DNA of 64,000 nucleotides, taken from assembly GCA_905233625.1 (NCBI GenBank), contig CAJOFJ010000009.1:14492-78491 (forward strand), read 5' to 3'. The position numbers were made by a program, and so were the translations under genes. Of the stretch, positions 32,857 to 41,286 are shown piece by piece. Origin of the DNA: an uncultured Bacteroidales bacterium (GTDB taxonomy: Bacteria > Bacteroidota > Bacteroidia > Bacteroidales > WCHB1-69). Each line of letters begins with the position of its first letter. The first letter of the stretch is position 1. The notes under the pieces are model-generated. The model did not search any database. It was not told the DNA's origin and saw nothing but the letters and a program-made list of their open reading frames with translations.

Positions 32857-33785
32857 CGTGCCACCTCCTTTCTCTCTGCCTCATCGGCAACTTCGTTGGT
32901 CTTGAAGAAAGTGGCGCAGAGGGAGGCCGCTCCGATAGCGGAGATGATCAGCGACCAGCCACCGCCATTCTGCGATATTTGGTTGATGCCGGGCACATAT
33001 TTGAATATGCACGACAGGGCCGAGGCAATCAGGATGGCGTAGAATATTTTCTTGTTTGTTTTGGAGGGCGGTACAATGATGGCGATGAACATGCAGTACA
33101 AGGCAATGCCCATGCAGGCCTGTACCATGGCGGGCATCAGCTCGGCGGCAAAAGCGCCCAGCACCGTGCCTAAGGTCCAACCGACAATAGGGCAGGTCAT
33201 CAGGCCTGTGAAGAAACGGAAGCTGACGTCCTCTTTCTCCATGGCAGCCAGCGCAAAAATTTCGTCCGTCACGCCAAAAGCCATGATACAGCGTTTATAG
33301 GTGGGCAGTTTGGGATCTATTTTTTGTGTCAGCGAGAGGCTCATCAAAAAGTAGCGGATGTTCACCACCAGGGTAGTCATGGCCAGCTCGATGGCAGGGG
33401 CACCCCCGGCAATCATGCGGATGCCGGCAAACTGACCGGCGGAGGCCAGGTTGGTGAGGGAGATGAAGACCGCCACCCACGGGTCGAAGCCCATCTGCAC
33501 GGCTACCAAACCAAAAGTGAAGGATACGGGTACATAGCCCAAACCGATGGATTTGCCCAACAATAAGCCTCGCATATAGTCGCTTTGCGGCTGGTTCTTG
33601 CGGGACTTGCGTTTCATGACCTTGAGCAAGCGGGGAAGACGGCGCACAATCAAGAGGTCGTTGACCTGTTCGCGCAAACGCCGGTTGAACTTGTCGCGTC
33701 TCCATTTCATGGCGCGCAAGGTTGCTTTTCGGCGCGAACCGCGTCGGCTGCTTACACTCTTGATTTTTTTATTTTCTTCTACCAC
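32853..33785 (-). CDS. azlC: AzlC family branched-chain amino acid permease component with a ~70-aa highly basic N-terminal extension
   Basis: The core from RGLLLGKSIGLGYVPVSFTFG onward is AzlC-like. The extension MVEENKKIKSVSSRRGSRRKATLRAMKWRRDKFNRRLRE… begins ~40 nt downstream of a -7 box. Confidence 0.75.
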   Translation of the reverse strand: MVEENKKIKSVSSRRGSRRKATLRAMKWRRDKFNRRLREQVNDLLIVRRLPRLLKVMKRKSRKNQPQSDYMRGLLLGKSIGLGYVPVSFTFGLVAVQMGFDPWVAVFISLTNLASAGQFAGIRMIAGGAPAIELAMTTLVVNIRYFLMSLSLTQKIDPKLPTYKRCIMAFGVTDEIFALAAMEKEDVSFRFFTGLMTCPIVGWTLGTVLGAFAAELMPAMVQACMGIALYCMFIAIIVPPSKTNKKIFYAILIASALSCIFKYVPGINQISQNGGGWSLIISAIGAASLCATFFKTNEVADEAERKEVAR

Positions 33786-33825
33786 AATTGTTTAGGTCCT
33801 TTTTGAGACTGAAATTTTCAGTCTG

Positions 33826-33833
33826 CAAAGGTA
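33826..33833 (-). promoter_or_regulatory. -7 box TACCTTTG (minus strand) for azlCD
   Basis: Plus strand reads caaaggta. A perfect palindrome agactgaaa/tttcagtct lies in the predicted 5' UTR (33806-33825). Confidence 0.45.
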
Positions 33834-33845
33834 GTGAATTTTTCA

Positions 33846-33946
33846 ATGTGCTAATTAACAATGTGCTAATGTGCCAATGATTTTAGGGAATAGGGATTAG
33901 TGGATAGGGGTTGGTATTGAATTTTGAATTCTGAATTTTGAATTCT
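33846..33946. repeat. Mosaic word repeats: GTGCTAAT/GTGCCAATGA, TAGGGAAT/TAGGGATTAG, TTGAATT heptamers
   Basis: atgtgctaattaacaatgtgctaatgtgccaatga…tagggaatagggattagtggatagggg…ttgaattttgaattctgaattttgaattc. Confidence 0.8.
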
Positions 33947-33966
33947 ATAGAATGCTCCAATTGAAA

Positions 33967-34944
33967 TTAAAACCTCAATCTCACAAATACCGGATAATGA
34001 TCCGAGGGGTTGCGGCGGGTATAGGGACTGAAGGAGATTTCCTGCGGTGCGTCAGAAGACTTCTGGCTCACATCCGAGCGTTCGTTGGGGGTCCAATAAC
34101 TGTTGGTGAGCACACCGTAAGCCTCCACCTGAGTGGAAGGCGACACAAACACATGGTCGATACGGCTCTGGGTGAAGTATTCCGTTTTGAATGCGTTGAA
34201 CGTGCCGTTCTCCGCAAAGCGTATGCGGGCGGCATCGTAGGAGTCTTTCAGCAGTCCCGACTGGGTGAAGATGGTGTAGATTTCATCGTTTTGGTCCACA
34301 TTGAAATCGCCGGTGAGGATGACAGGAAGTCCATTGGTCATTTCTTTGATGCGCTTCACCACCAGCTTGGCCGCTTCGCGCCGGGCCACTACACCCACAT
34401 GGTCCATGTGCAGGTTGAAGTAGTAAAAAGTTTTGGCATTCTCATTGTGACTGCCATGCTGCTTGTCGCTTGCGTCGTTTTGTGCGCTCTTCACCGAGAA
34501 TTTACCCCAAGTGCATATACGGATGCAGGCCGCATCCCAGCCTAATGCGGGTTTGTCGGGGGTTTCGTTGAGCCAGAAGTCACCATGGTCGAGGAGTTGA
34601 AGCATGTCTTTTTTGTAAAAGATGGCCTCATGTTCTCCTCCATGTTTGCCGTCGTCGCGCCCAATGCCGATATAGTCGTAGCCGTCCAAAGCATTGTGCA
34701 TGTCGAGTAGCTGGCTATAAAGCACTTCCTGGGTGCCGAAAATGACGGGGGCCATGAAGTTCACCTGATCGCAAATCACCTGGCAGCGTTTTGGCCACTG
34801 GTTGCCCTGCACACTGTCGTTCCAGTTCTTGTAGCGTATGTTGTAGCTGCCGACAAGCATTTCCTGGGCAGAGACGGAAAAGACAAGAAACAGAAGAATA
34901 CTTGAAAATAGAAAGCTTTTCAAAAGAATAGGGTGTTTTTTCAT
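33967..34944 (-). CDS. Endonuclease/exonuclease/phosphatase (EEP) family protein, secreted
   Basis: The start is set at the ATG at 34944 (MKKHPILLKSFLFSSILLFLVFSVSAQ signal peptide). SYNIRY, GTQEV, LTGDFN and SDHYPV motifs. Confidence 0.8.
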   Translation of the reverse strand: MKKHPILLKSFLFSSILLFLVFSVSAQEMLVGSYNIRYKNWNDSVQGNQWPKRCQVICDQVNFMAPVIFGTQEVLYSQLLDMHNALDGYDYIGIGRDDGKHGGEHEAIFYKKDMLQLLDHGDFWLNETPDKPALGWDAACIRICTWGKFSVKSAQNDASDKQHGSHNENAKTFYYFNLHMDHVGVVARREAAKLVVKRIKEMTNGLPVILTGDFNVDQNDEIYTIFTQSGLLKDSYDAARIRFAENGTFNAFKTEYFTQSRIDHVFVSPSTQVEAYGVLTNSYWTPNERSDVSQKSSDAPQEISFSPYTRRNPSDHYPVFVRLRF

Positions 34945-34996
34945 GTTGGTCATTTTATTTCTCGCAAAAATACATAAAAAACACACATATTAAAAA

Positions 34997-35077
34997 GACT
35001 CCCCTCGAACACGTAGTGTGAGACTCCCCCTTCATGCGCAGCATGACTCCCCTTGAGCACGCAGTGCGAGACTCCCC
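34997..35077 (-). repeat. ACTCCCC-spaced mini-hairpin brick array (three to four units)
   Basis: gactcccc-tcgaacacgtagtgtgag-actccccc-ttcatgcgcagcatg-actcccc-ttgagcacgcagtgcgag-actcccc. Confidence 0.8.
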
Positions 35078-35165
35078 AAAAGTTAAATCTATTTGCTAAT
35101 TATCTTCAACATTCCCCTGTGTATAAATACTATCCTCTTATTGAAAATCGAGGATAATATCTTTT

Positions 35166-35173
35166 TAATTTTG
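35166..35173 (+). promoter_or_regulatory. -7 box TAATTTTG for the M23 peptidase gene
   Basis: 32 nt upstream of the ATG at 35205. Confidence 0.45.
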
Positions 35174-35204
35174 TAAGTTATAGTAAAGTAGTAAATTAAC
35201 GCTG

Positions 35205-36509
35205 ATGAAAAACCATAAATTTTCCCGTTTGCTATTTGTGTTGGCGGTGTTGGCGGTGACGCTGATGCTCGCCCCTATCGACGCATTTTCGCAGTCGAAA
35301 AGCGCAAAGTTGAAAAATGACAAGAAGAAAATTGAGACAGAAATCGCCAATACCCAGAAACTGCTGAAGCAGACCGAAAAGAACAAGAATGCCTCTCTGC
35401 AGCAAATCAGTGTTTTGCGTCAGCAGATTTCCAATCGTGAGGCGTTGATTACTACCCTGAACACCGAAATCTTCCAGCTGGAGGAGGAACTGGCCCTGAA
35501 TGTGAAGCTGTCGCAGGATTTGAGCAAAAAGCTCGAATACATGAAGTCAGATTATTCCCGCGTGGTCTATCTGGCCTACAAAAACCGTAAACTCATCGAC
35601 AAGGTGACCTTTCTGCTTTCATCGGATAACTTCTCGCAGATGTTCAGAAGAATAAAATACTATTCGGTCTTTGCCAACAATGTGAAGCGTCAAGTGGAGT
35701 TAATAGAGAAAACACAGGAGGAGATAAGGGTTAAAAATGAAGAGATTGTGCAGATGAAAGCGGAAAAACTGGCTTTGTTGGAAGGTAAGGAAGTGGAAAT
35801 CAAAAAGTTGGAGCTAGACAGAACGGAAACAACCAAGAAGGCCCAGGAGCTGAAGCAGAAAGAGAAACAGCTGGCCAGCACACTTCAGGAAAAACAGAAA
35901 AAGAGAAAAGAACTGGATATTGCTATCAAGAAAGCTATTGAGGCTGAAATTGTCGCTGCCAATAAGAAAAAGGCCGAGGAAGCCGCTAAGGCCGCCAAGG
36001 CGAAAAGCAATAAAAACGCCAACACGTCTTCTGGCAGCAGCGAGAAGACAACTGCCAAGAATGAGATTGTGCTGACTCCCGACGAGCAGTTGGTGAGCAA
36101 TTCTTTCGTCAACAACAAAGGCAAACTGCCATGGCCGGTAGCCAAGGGGGCGAAGGTGGGTGATTTTGGTAGCTATCCACATCCCGATGTGCCTTCGGTA
36201 ATGATTGAAAACCGTGGTATCGATATTTTGGTTGAACCGAATACCCCTGTCAGGGCCATCTTCCAGGGCGAGGTGACGGGTATTCTTGATGTGATGGGCA
36301 CCAAGGTGCTGATGATTCGTCATGGTGAATATCTTTCCGTATACCAGAATCTTGCATCGGTAAATGTGAAGAAAGGCGACAAGGTAAGCACCAAGCAGAA
36401 CATCGGAACGGTGGCCAAGTCATCGACCAACAATACCTACGAGCTTCATTTTGAAGTGTGGAAAAACAATGTCTATTTGAACCCGAACCAGTGGTTATCG
36501 GGCAGATAA
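35205..36509 (+). CDS. Murein hydrolase activator / peptidase M23 family protein (EnvC-like coiled coil plus LytM domain)
   Basis: 434 aa with a signal peptide, a long coiled coil and a C-terminal M23 region (GIDILVEPNTPVRAIFQGEV…YELHFEVW). Confidence 0.8.
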   Translation: MKNHKFSRLLFVLAVLAVTLMLAPIDAFSQSKSAKLKNDKKKIETEIANTQKLLKQTEKNKNASLQQISVLRQQISNREALITTLNTEIFQLEEELALNVKLSQDLSKKLEYMKSDYSRVVYLAYKNRKLIDKVTFLLSSDNFSQMFRRIKYYSVFANNVKRQVELIEKTQEEIRVKNEEIVQMKAEKLALLEGKEVEIKKLELDRTETTKKAQELKQKEKQLASTLQEKQKKRKELDIAIKKAIEAEIVAANKKKAEEAAKAAKAKSNKNANTSSGSSEKTTAKNEIVLTPDEQLVSNSFVNNKGKLPWPVAKGAKVGDFGSYPHPDVPSVMIENRGIDILVEPNTPVRAIFQGEVTGILDVMGTKVLMIRHGEYLSVYQNLASVNVKKGDKVSTKQNIGTVAKSSTNNTYELHFEVWKNNVYLNPNQWLSGR

Positions 36510-36520
36510 AACCATCGATT

Positions 36521-37330
36521 ATGCAGCTGAGTGTTGCCAAGGCATTGCAAGACAAGAACCCCGGCCTCTACAAGAAATTGCCGGCTTTCGTTATCCGTTG
36601 GATAGAGCGTATGATCTGTCAGGATGAGATGAATATGCTACTCAGGGAGCATGGTCATTTGTCTTCGCTGGAATTCGCCAATGCTGTGGTCGATTATTTG
36701 GATAATGAGCTGGTGGTGCATCATGAGGAGCGGATTCCTGAAACAGGTCGCTATATCATTGTGTCCAACCACCCACTCGGCGGCTTGGACGGCATGGTAC
36801 TTATCAGTGTTTGCGGACGGCATCGTAGCGACATCAAGTTTCCTGTCAACGATTTGCTGTATTATGTGGAGCCGTTGCGCGAGATTTTTGTTCCTATCAA
36901 CAAACATGGGAAAACGGGAGAAGAGGCGCGTCAGATGTTCCACGATGCGTTCGATTCGGATAGTCTGCTGCTGTATTTTCCGGCGGGTTTGTGTTCGCGT
37001 CGCAAAAACGGAGTAATTCAGGATCTGGAATGGAAGAAGACCATCATCACCAAAGCCAGACAAACGCAGCGGGACATCATTCCCTGTTATTTCGACGCGC
37101 GCAATTCCAACACTTTTTACAGGGTGGCCAATTTGCGCGAAAAGTTGGGAATCAAGTCGAATTTAGAGATGACCTTGCTGCCTCGCGAAATGATGAAAAA
37201 GAAAAAATCGCATTTTGAGCTTTTTTTCGGCGAACCGATATCTTATAGTCGCTTTGATGACTCGAAAAAAGACAAGGAATGGGCGGCATGGCTGAAAGAA
37301 CAGGTTTATCAGTTGAAAAACAAACAATAG
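36521..37330 (+). CDS. Lysophospholipid (PlsC-type) acyltransferase; O-acyltransferase partner of the glycine-lipid pair (GlsA-like)
   Basis: The ATG at 36521 is 12 nt after the upstream stop. H(X)4D motif NHPLGGLDG. Confidence 0.7.
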   Translation: MQLSVAKALQDKNPGLYKKLPAFVIRWIERMICQDEMNMLLREHGHLSSLEFANAVVDYLDNELVVHHEERIPETGRYIIVSNHPLGGLDGMVLISVCGRHRSDIKFPVNDLLYYVEPLREIFVPINKHGKTGEEARQMFHDAFDSDSLLLYFPAGLCSRRKNGVIQDLEWKKTIITKARQTQRDIIPCYFDARNSNTFYRVANLREKLGIKSNLEMTLLPREMMKKKKSHFELFFGEPISYSRFDDSKKDKEWAAWLKEQVYQLKNKQ

Positions 37331-37335
37331 GGAGT

Positions 37336-38271
37336 ATGGAAAGTATTATCAAACCTGTCAGTGTGGACGTGCTCAAACAGGAGTTGACCGACGATAAGAT
37401 TCTGCGGAAGACAAATGCGTTGGATAACGTCATTTATATGGTGGATATTCATGATTCTCCCAATGTTTTGCGCGAGATAGGCCGCTTGCGCGAGCTGACT
37501 TTCAGAGCAGCGGGGGGCGGCACTGGCAAGGAACTCGATTTAGACGAGTTTGACCAAGGCCCCCATGCGTGGAAGCAACTGATTGTGTGGAATCCGAGGG
37601 AGGAGGAGATTGTGAGTGCCTATCGCTTTGTGAAGGGCATTGATGCGCCGGTGGACGAAAAGGGTTATCCGCAAACGGCGACTTCGGAATTGTTCGAATT
37701 TTCTCCGCAATTCATTCAGAACCAATGGCAGCGCACCATCGAGCTGGGTCGCAGTTTTGTACAGCCGAAATATCAGGTGTCGGCCGATCCGCGAAAAGGA
37801 CTTTTTGCGTTGGATAACATCTGGGATGGACTGGGAGCCTTGTCGGTGAAATACCCTGAAATAGAGTATTTCTTCGGCAAAATGACCATGTACAACAGTT
37901 ACAGCCGATTGGCTCGCCGACTGATTATTGATTTCCTGAAAAGATATTTCCAAGGAGATGAAAATTTGGTAAAGCCTTTTCATTCCACTGATAAAATTAA
38001 GAAAGTAAGCAAGAAAAACACCCCTATTTTTAAGGAAAAAAGTTTAGGCGACAGCCTGGCTATCGTGAAGAAAAAAGTCAGAGCGATGGGAACAGTCATC
38101 CCTCCGCTCATCAAATCATACATGTCGATATCGCCTTCCTTGAAGTATTTCGGCATTTCCGATAATCCGAGTTTCGGCGAGGTGGAAGAACTCGCCATCA
38201 TGATTCATATACCGGAAATATACGAAAACAAAAGGGAGCGCCATATAACGTCATTCATCAAACCTAAATAA
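37336..38271 (+). CDS. GNAT/hemolysin-like N-acyltransferase (OlsB/GlsB-like)
   Basis: The ATG at 37336 is 6 nt after the upstream stop. ~311 aa with the REIGRLRELTFRAAGGGTG motif, adjacent to the PlsC-type acyltransferase. Confidence 0.65.
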   Translation: MESIIKPVSVDVLKQELTDDKILRKTNALDNVIYMVDIHDSPNVLREIGRLRELTFRAAGGGTGKELDLDEFDQGPHAWKQLIVWNPREEEIVSAYRFVKGIDAPVDEKGYPQTATSELFEFSPQFIQNQWQRTIELGRSFVQPKYQVSADPRKGLFALDNIWDGLGALSVKYPEIEYFFGKMTMYNSYSRLARRLIIDFLKRYFQGDENLVKPFHSTDKIKKVSKKNTPIFKEKSLGDSLAIVKKKVRAMGTVIPPLIKSYMSISPSLKYFGISDNPSFGEVEELAIMIHIPEIYENKRERHITSFIKPK

Positions 38272-38273
38272 TC

Positions 38274-38903
38274 ATGGATTACCAAATCAAGAGTGTGAAA
38301 TTTCTCAAGTCCGAGGTAGATTACAAAAAATGCCCAGCGGACCGTTTACCTGAAGTTGCCTTTATTGGCCGTTCTAATGTGGGTAAGTCTTCATTAATCA
38401 ACATGTTAGCAAATCATAAGGATTTGGCAAAGACTTCGTCAAAACCCGGCAAAACCCAAACCATCAATCATTATGAGGTGGATAAACGTTGGTATCTGGT
38501 GGACCTGCCAGGCTATGGTTATGCTTCTATTTCTAAAACTATGCGTGAGAAATGGGAAAAGATGATAGAGAATTATCTCAAATTCCGTGAGAATCTCCAA
38601 ACGGTGTTTGTGTTGGTGGATATTCGACTGGAACCGCAAGCTATTGATATTGATTTTATTAATAAATTGGGAGAAATGGGTATACCTTTTTCCCTGGTTT
38701 TCACCAAGGCGGATAAAATCGGAAAAAACAAGGGAGCGCTCAGTGTACGCGCTTTCTGCCGCAAACTGATGGAAACCTGGGAGGACTTGCCCCCGTTTTT
38801 CGTTTGTTCTTCTGTGGATGGCAGAGGAAAAAACGATTTGCTGAATTATATCGAACAAATCAATGAATACTATTATAATCAACTAAAACAGGCTAAAGAA
38901 TGA
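38274..38903 (+). CDS. engB: Ribosome biogenesis GTP-binding protein YihA/EngB
   Basis: P-loop GRSNVGKSS, DLPGYG and TKADK motifs. Confidence 0.9.
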   Translation: MDYQIKSVKFLKSEVDYKKCPADRLPEVAFIGRSNVGKSSLINMLANHKDLAKTSSKPGKTQTINHYEVDKRWYLVDLPGYGYASISKTMREKWEKMIENYLKFRENLQTVFVLVDIRLEPQAIDIDFINKLGEMGIPFSLVFTKADKIGKNKGALSVRAFCRKLMETWEDLPPFFVCSSVDGRGKNDLLNYIEQINEYYYNQLKQAKE

Positions 38904-39352
38904 AAAATGTTTTTTGTTTTAACGTGCTGATTATTGGGTTGTTAGTGGCTATAGCGCTCACGATGTCCGCATGTATGACTGCTAAAAAGAAGGCTGAAAT
39001 GGCGCAGAATAAGCCGTTAGTGGATACGTATTGGGTATTAAAATCTGTTAAAGGTGAAGATATTCCCAAGTGTATTATTACTCCCAATATTGTATTTCAT
39101 GCCGACGGAAAATTCACAGGCAATCTGGGTTGTAATATCTTTTATGGTAATTATTATTCAGGCAAGAAGAAAATCAGAATGGAATTTGAGGGAGCGACCA
39201 AAAAGTTGTGTGAGAATATGAAAGTGGAGAAGCTGTTTCTTCAACAGCTGCATAGTGAGTTCAGGCAATACGAAATCGACAAAGATGTCCTGATCCTGAA
39301 AGACAAGGATGGAGAAGTGATGCGCTTCTTCGCCGGCGTAAAACCGGAATAG
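38900..39352 (+). CDS. META domain-containing lipoprotein (HslJ-like)
   Basis: Lipobox LTMSAC, W.L pattern and GNLGCN motif. Confidence 0.7.
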   Translation: MKNVFCFNVLIIGLLVAIALTMSACMTAKKKAEMAQNKPLVDTYWVLKSVKGEDIPKCIITPNIVFHADGKFTGNLGCNIFYGNYYSGKKKIRMEFEGATKKLCENMKVEKLFLQQLHSEFRQYEIDKDVLILKDKDGEVMRFFAGVKPE

Positions 39353-39497
39353 GGAATAGTGATTAGGGGATAGGGATTAGTGATTAGAATTTAGGGGGTA
39401 ATATGTTATTATGGACTACAATGTGGAATAGTTGTAACTAATTGTCTAACCACTAACCACTAATTCCTAATCACTATTCACTAATCACTAATCCCTA
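39350..39497. repeat. TAGGGAN/TAGTGAT heptamer array and its inverted copy, forming a long hairpin between convergent genes
   Basis: Left arm tagggaatagtgattaggggatagggattagtgattag. Right arm ctaatcactattcactaatcactaatcccta. The outermost TAG/cta triplets are the stop codons of the two flanking genes. Confidence 0.85.
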
Positions 39498-41090
39498 TAA
39501 AAGGTCGTGCGTGCTTTGCGACTCGTCACGATGTCCTTGGTAATCCAAAGAATAATGCAAACCGCGGCTTTCGTGGCGGTTCATGGCGTGACGGATAATC
39601 AGATAGCCGATATTGATCATATTACGCAATTCACAGATTTCCGGAATCAGAATGGATTTCTTGTACAGGTCTTCGGTCTCGCGGTATAGAATCTCGAGGC
39701 GGTCGAAGGCGCGCTGCAAGCGGACGTTGGAGCGGACAATGCCCACATAATTGCACATGATGGTCTGCAGTTCCTTGCGTGACTGGGTAATCAGCACCAT
39801 TTCCTCATTGAGTACAGTGCCTTCGGTGTTCCATTCGGGCACATCGTCGCAGAAATCTATGTTTTTGAAACGCTCCACGGCCTTGAGACAGGCACGGTGA
39901 GAGAAGACCAAAGCTTCGAGCAAAGAATTGGAAGCCAGTCGGTTGGCGCCATGCAAACCGGTAGAGGCGCATTCGCCCGAGCTGAACAGGTTGATAATAG
40001 AGCTTTCTCCCCATTCGTCCACTTTGATACCGCCGCAGGAATAGTGGGCTGCGGGTACCACGGGAATCATGTCCTTGGTGATGTCCACACCGATGCTCAG
40101 ACACTTGGCGTAGATATTGGGAAAATGGTTGAAAATTTCTGTTTTGCTAATATGTGTCGCGTCCAGATAGACATGGTCGCAGCCTTTCTGCTTCATCTCA
40201 TTGTCGATGGCGCGGGCCACAATGTCGCGGGGTGCCAGGGAGCCTCGCTTGTCGTATTTGCTCATAAACTCCACGCCATTTTCATCTTTCAGGATGGCGC
40301 CAGCGCCACGCAGGGCTTCGGTAATCAGGAAAGAGGGCGACTCTTTGGGGTTGTAAAGAGAAGTGGGGTGGAACTGGACGAATTCCATGCCGTTGACTGC
40401 ACCCTTGGCGCGATACACCATGGCGATGCCGTCGCCGGTGGCGATGGTGGGGTTGGTGGTGTTGCCATACACGGTGCCGATGCCGCCTGTGCACATCATG
40501 GTGATACGCGACAGGATGGTCTGTACCTTGTTGGTGTTGGGGTTATACACGTAGGCCCCGTAGCAGGTGATGTCGGGTGTGCGGCGGCTCACCTCTATGC
40601 CCAGATGGTGCTGGGTGATGATTTCGATGGCCAAGTGATTTTCCAGGATTTCGATATTGGGATGTTGCTTGGCGGCGATAATCAGTTTTTCCTCGATTTC
40701 CAGACCTGTGATGTCCTTGTGGTGCAGCACGCGGAATTCGGAGTGGCCGCCTTCTTTGGCCAGGGCAAACTTGCCGCTTTTGGTCTTGTCGAAATCCACG
40801 CCCCATTCCACCAGTTCCATTACACGGGCGGTGGATTCGCGGATGGTGAGTTCCACGATGTGGCGGTCTGACAGCTCGTCGCCGGCAATCATCGTGTCTT
40901 GGATATGTTTCTCATAGGTATCGGGTTGATAGACCACGGCGGCGATACCGCCCTGGGCGTATTTGGTGGAGGTGTCATCCACCTTGGCTTTGGTAACCAT
41001 GCAAACTTTGCCGTAGTTGGCGGCTTTCAAGGCGAAGCATAGGCCTGCTACACCTGATCCGATAACCAGAAAATCAACTTTTTTTCTCAT
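39495..41090 (-). CDS. nadB: L-aspartate oxidase
   Basis: The start is set at the ATG at 41090 (MRKKVDFLVIGSGVAGL, FAD-binding GxGxxG), 26 nt downstream of a -7 box. Fumarate reductase/succinate dehydrogenase flavoprotein-like. Confidence 0.9.
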   Translation of the reverse strand: MRKKVDFLVIGSGVAGLCFALKAANYGKVCMVTKAKVDDTSTKYAQGGIAAVVYQPDTYEKHIQDTMIAGDELSDRHIVELTIRESTARVMELVEWGVDFDKTKSGKFALAKEGGHSEFRVLHHKDITGLEIEEKLIIAAKQHPNIEILENHLAIEIITQHHLGIEVSRRTPDITCYGAYVYNPNTNKVQTILSRITMMCTGGIGTVYGNTTNPTIATGDGIAMVYRAKGAVNGMEFVQFHPTSLYNPKESPSFLITEALRGAGAILKDENGVEFMSKYDKRGSLAPRDIVARAIDNEMKQKGCDHVYLDATHISKTEIFNHFPNIYAKCLSIGVDITKDMIPVVPAAHYSCGGIKVDEWGESSIINLFSSGECASTGLHGANRLASNSLLEALVFSHRACLKAVERFKNIDFCDDVPEWNTEGTVLNEEMVLITQSRKELQTIMCNYVGIVRSNVRLQRAFDRLEILYRETEDLYKKSILIPEICELRNMINIGYLIIRHAMNRHESRGLHYSLDYQGHRDESQSTHDLL

Positions 41091-41115
41091 AGTGGCAATT
41101 ACTAAATTAAGTATG

Positions 41116-41123
41116 CAAAAATA
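41116..41123 (-). promoter_or_regulatory. -7 box TATTTTTG (minus strand) for nadB
   Basis: Plus strand reads caaaaata. Confidence 0.45.
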
Positions 41124-41219
41124 AGAAAAAACAAGATATGCACGGCATACCATTATCTTAGGGTATTCTTATGTCCTGAAAAAAATTTCTCAACCCTTAT
41201 TCAACTGAAAAAAAAAATG

Positions 41220-41227
41220 TATTTTTG
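41220..41227 (+). promoter_or_regulatory. -7 box TATTTTTG for topA
   Basis: 60 nt upstream of the ATG at 41287. Confidence 0.45.
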
Positions 41228-41286
41228 CCGCCGCAAATTTTTTGAATGTACAATATAATATATACTATTTATAGGAGCTATAAAAA

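Noticed and set aside
32387-32890. 167-aa minus-strand ORF overlapping azlD. Also 32881..33180, 33295..33705 and several plus-strand ORFs within azlC.
   Set aside because: They are alternative frames of the hydrophobic azlCD genes, with His/Arg-rich, non-protein-like products.
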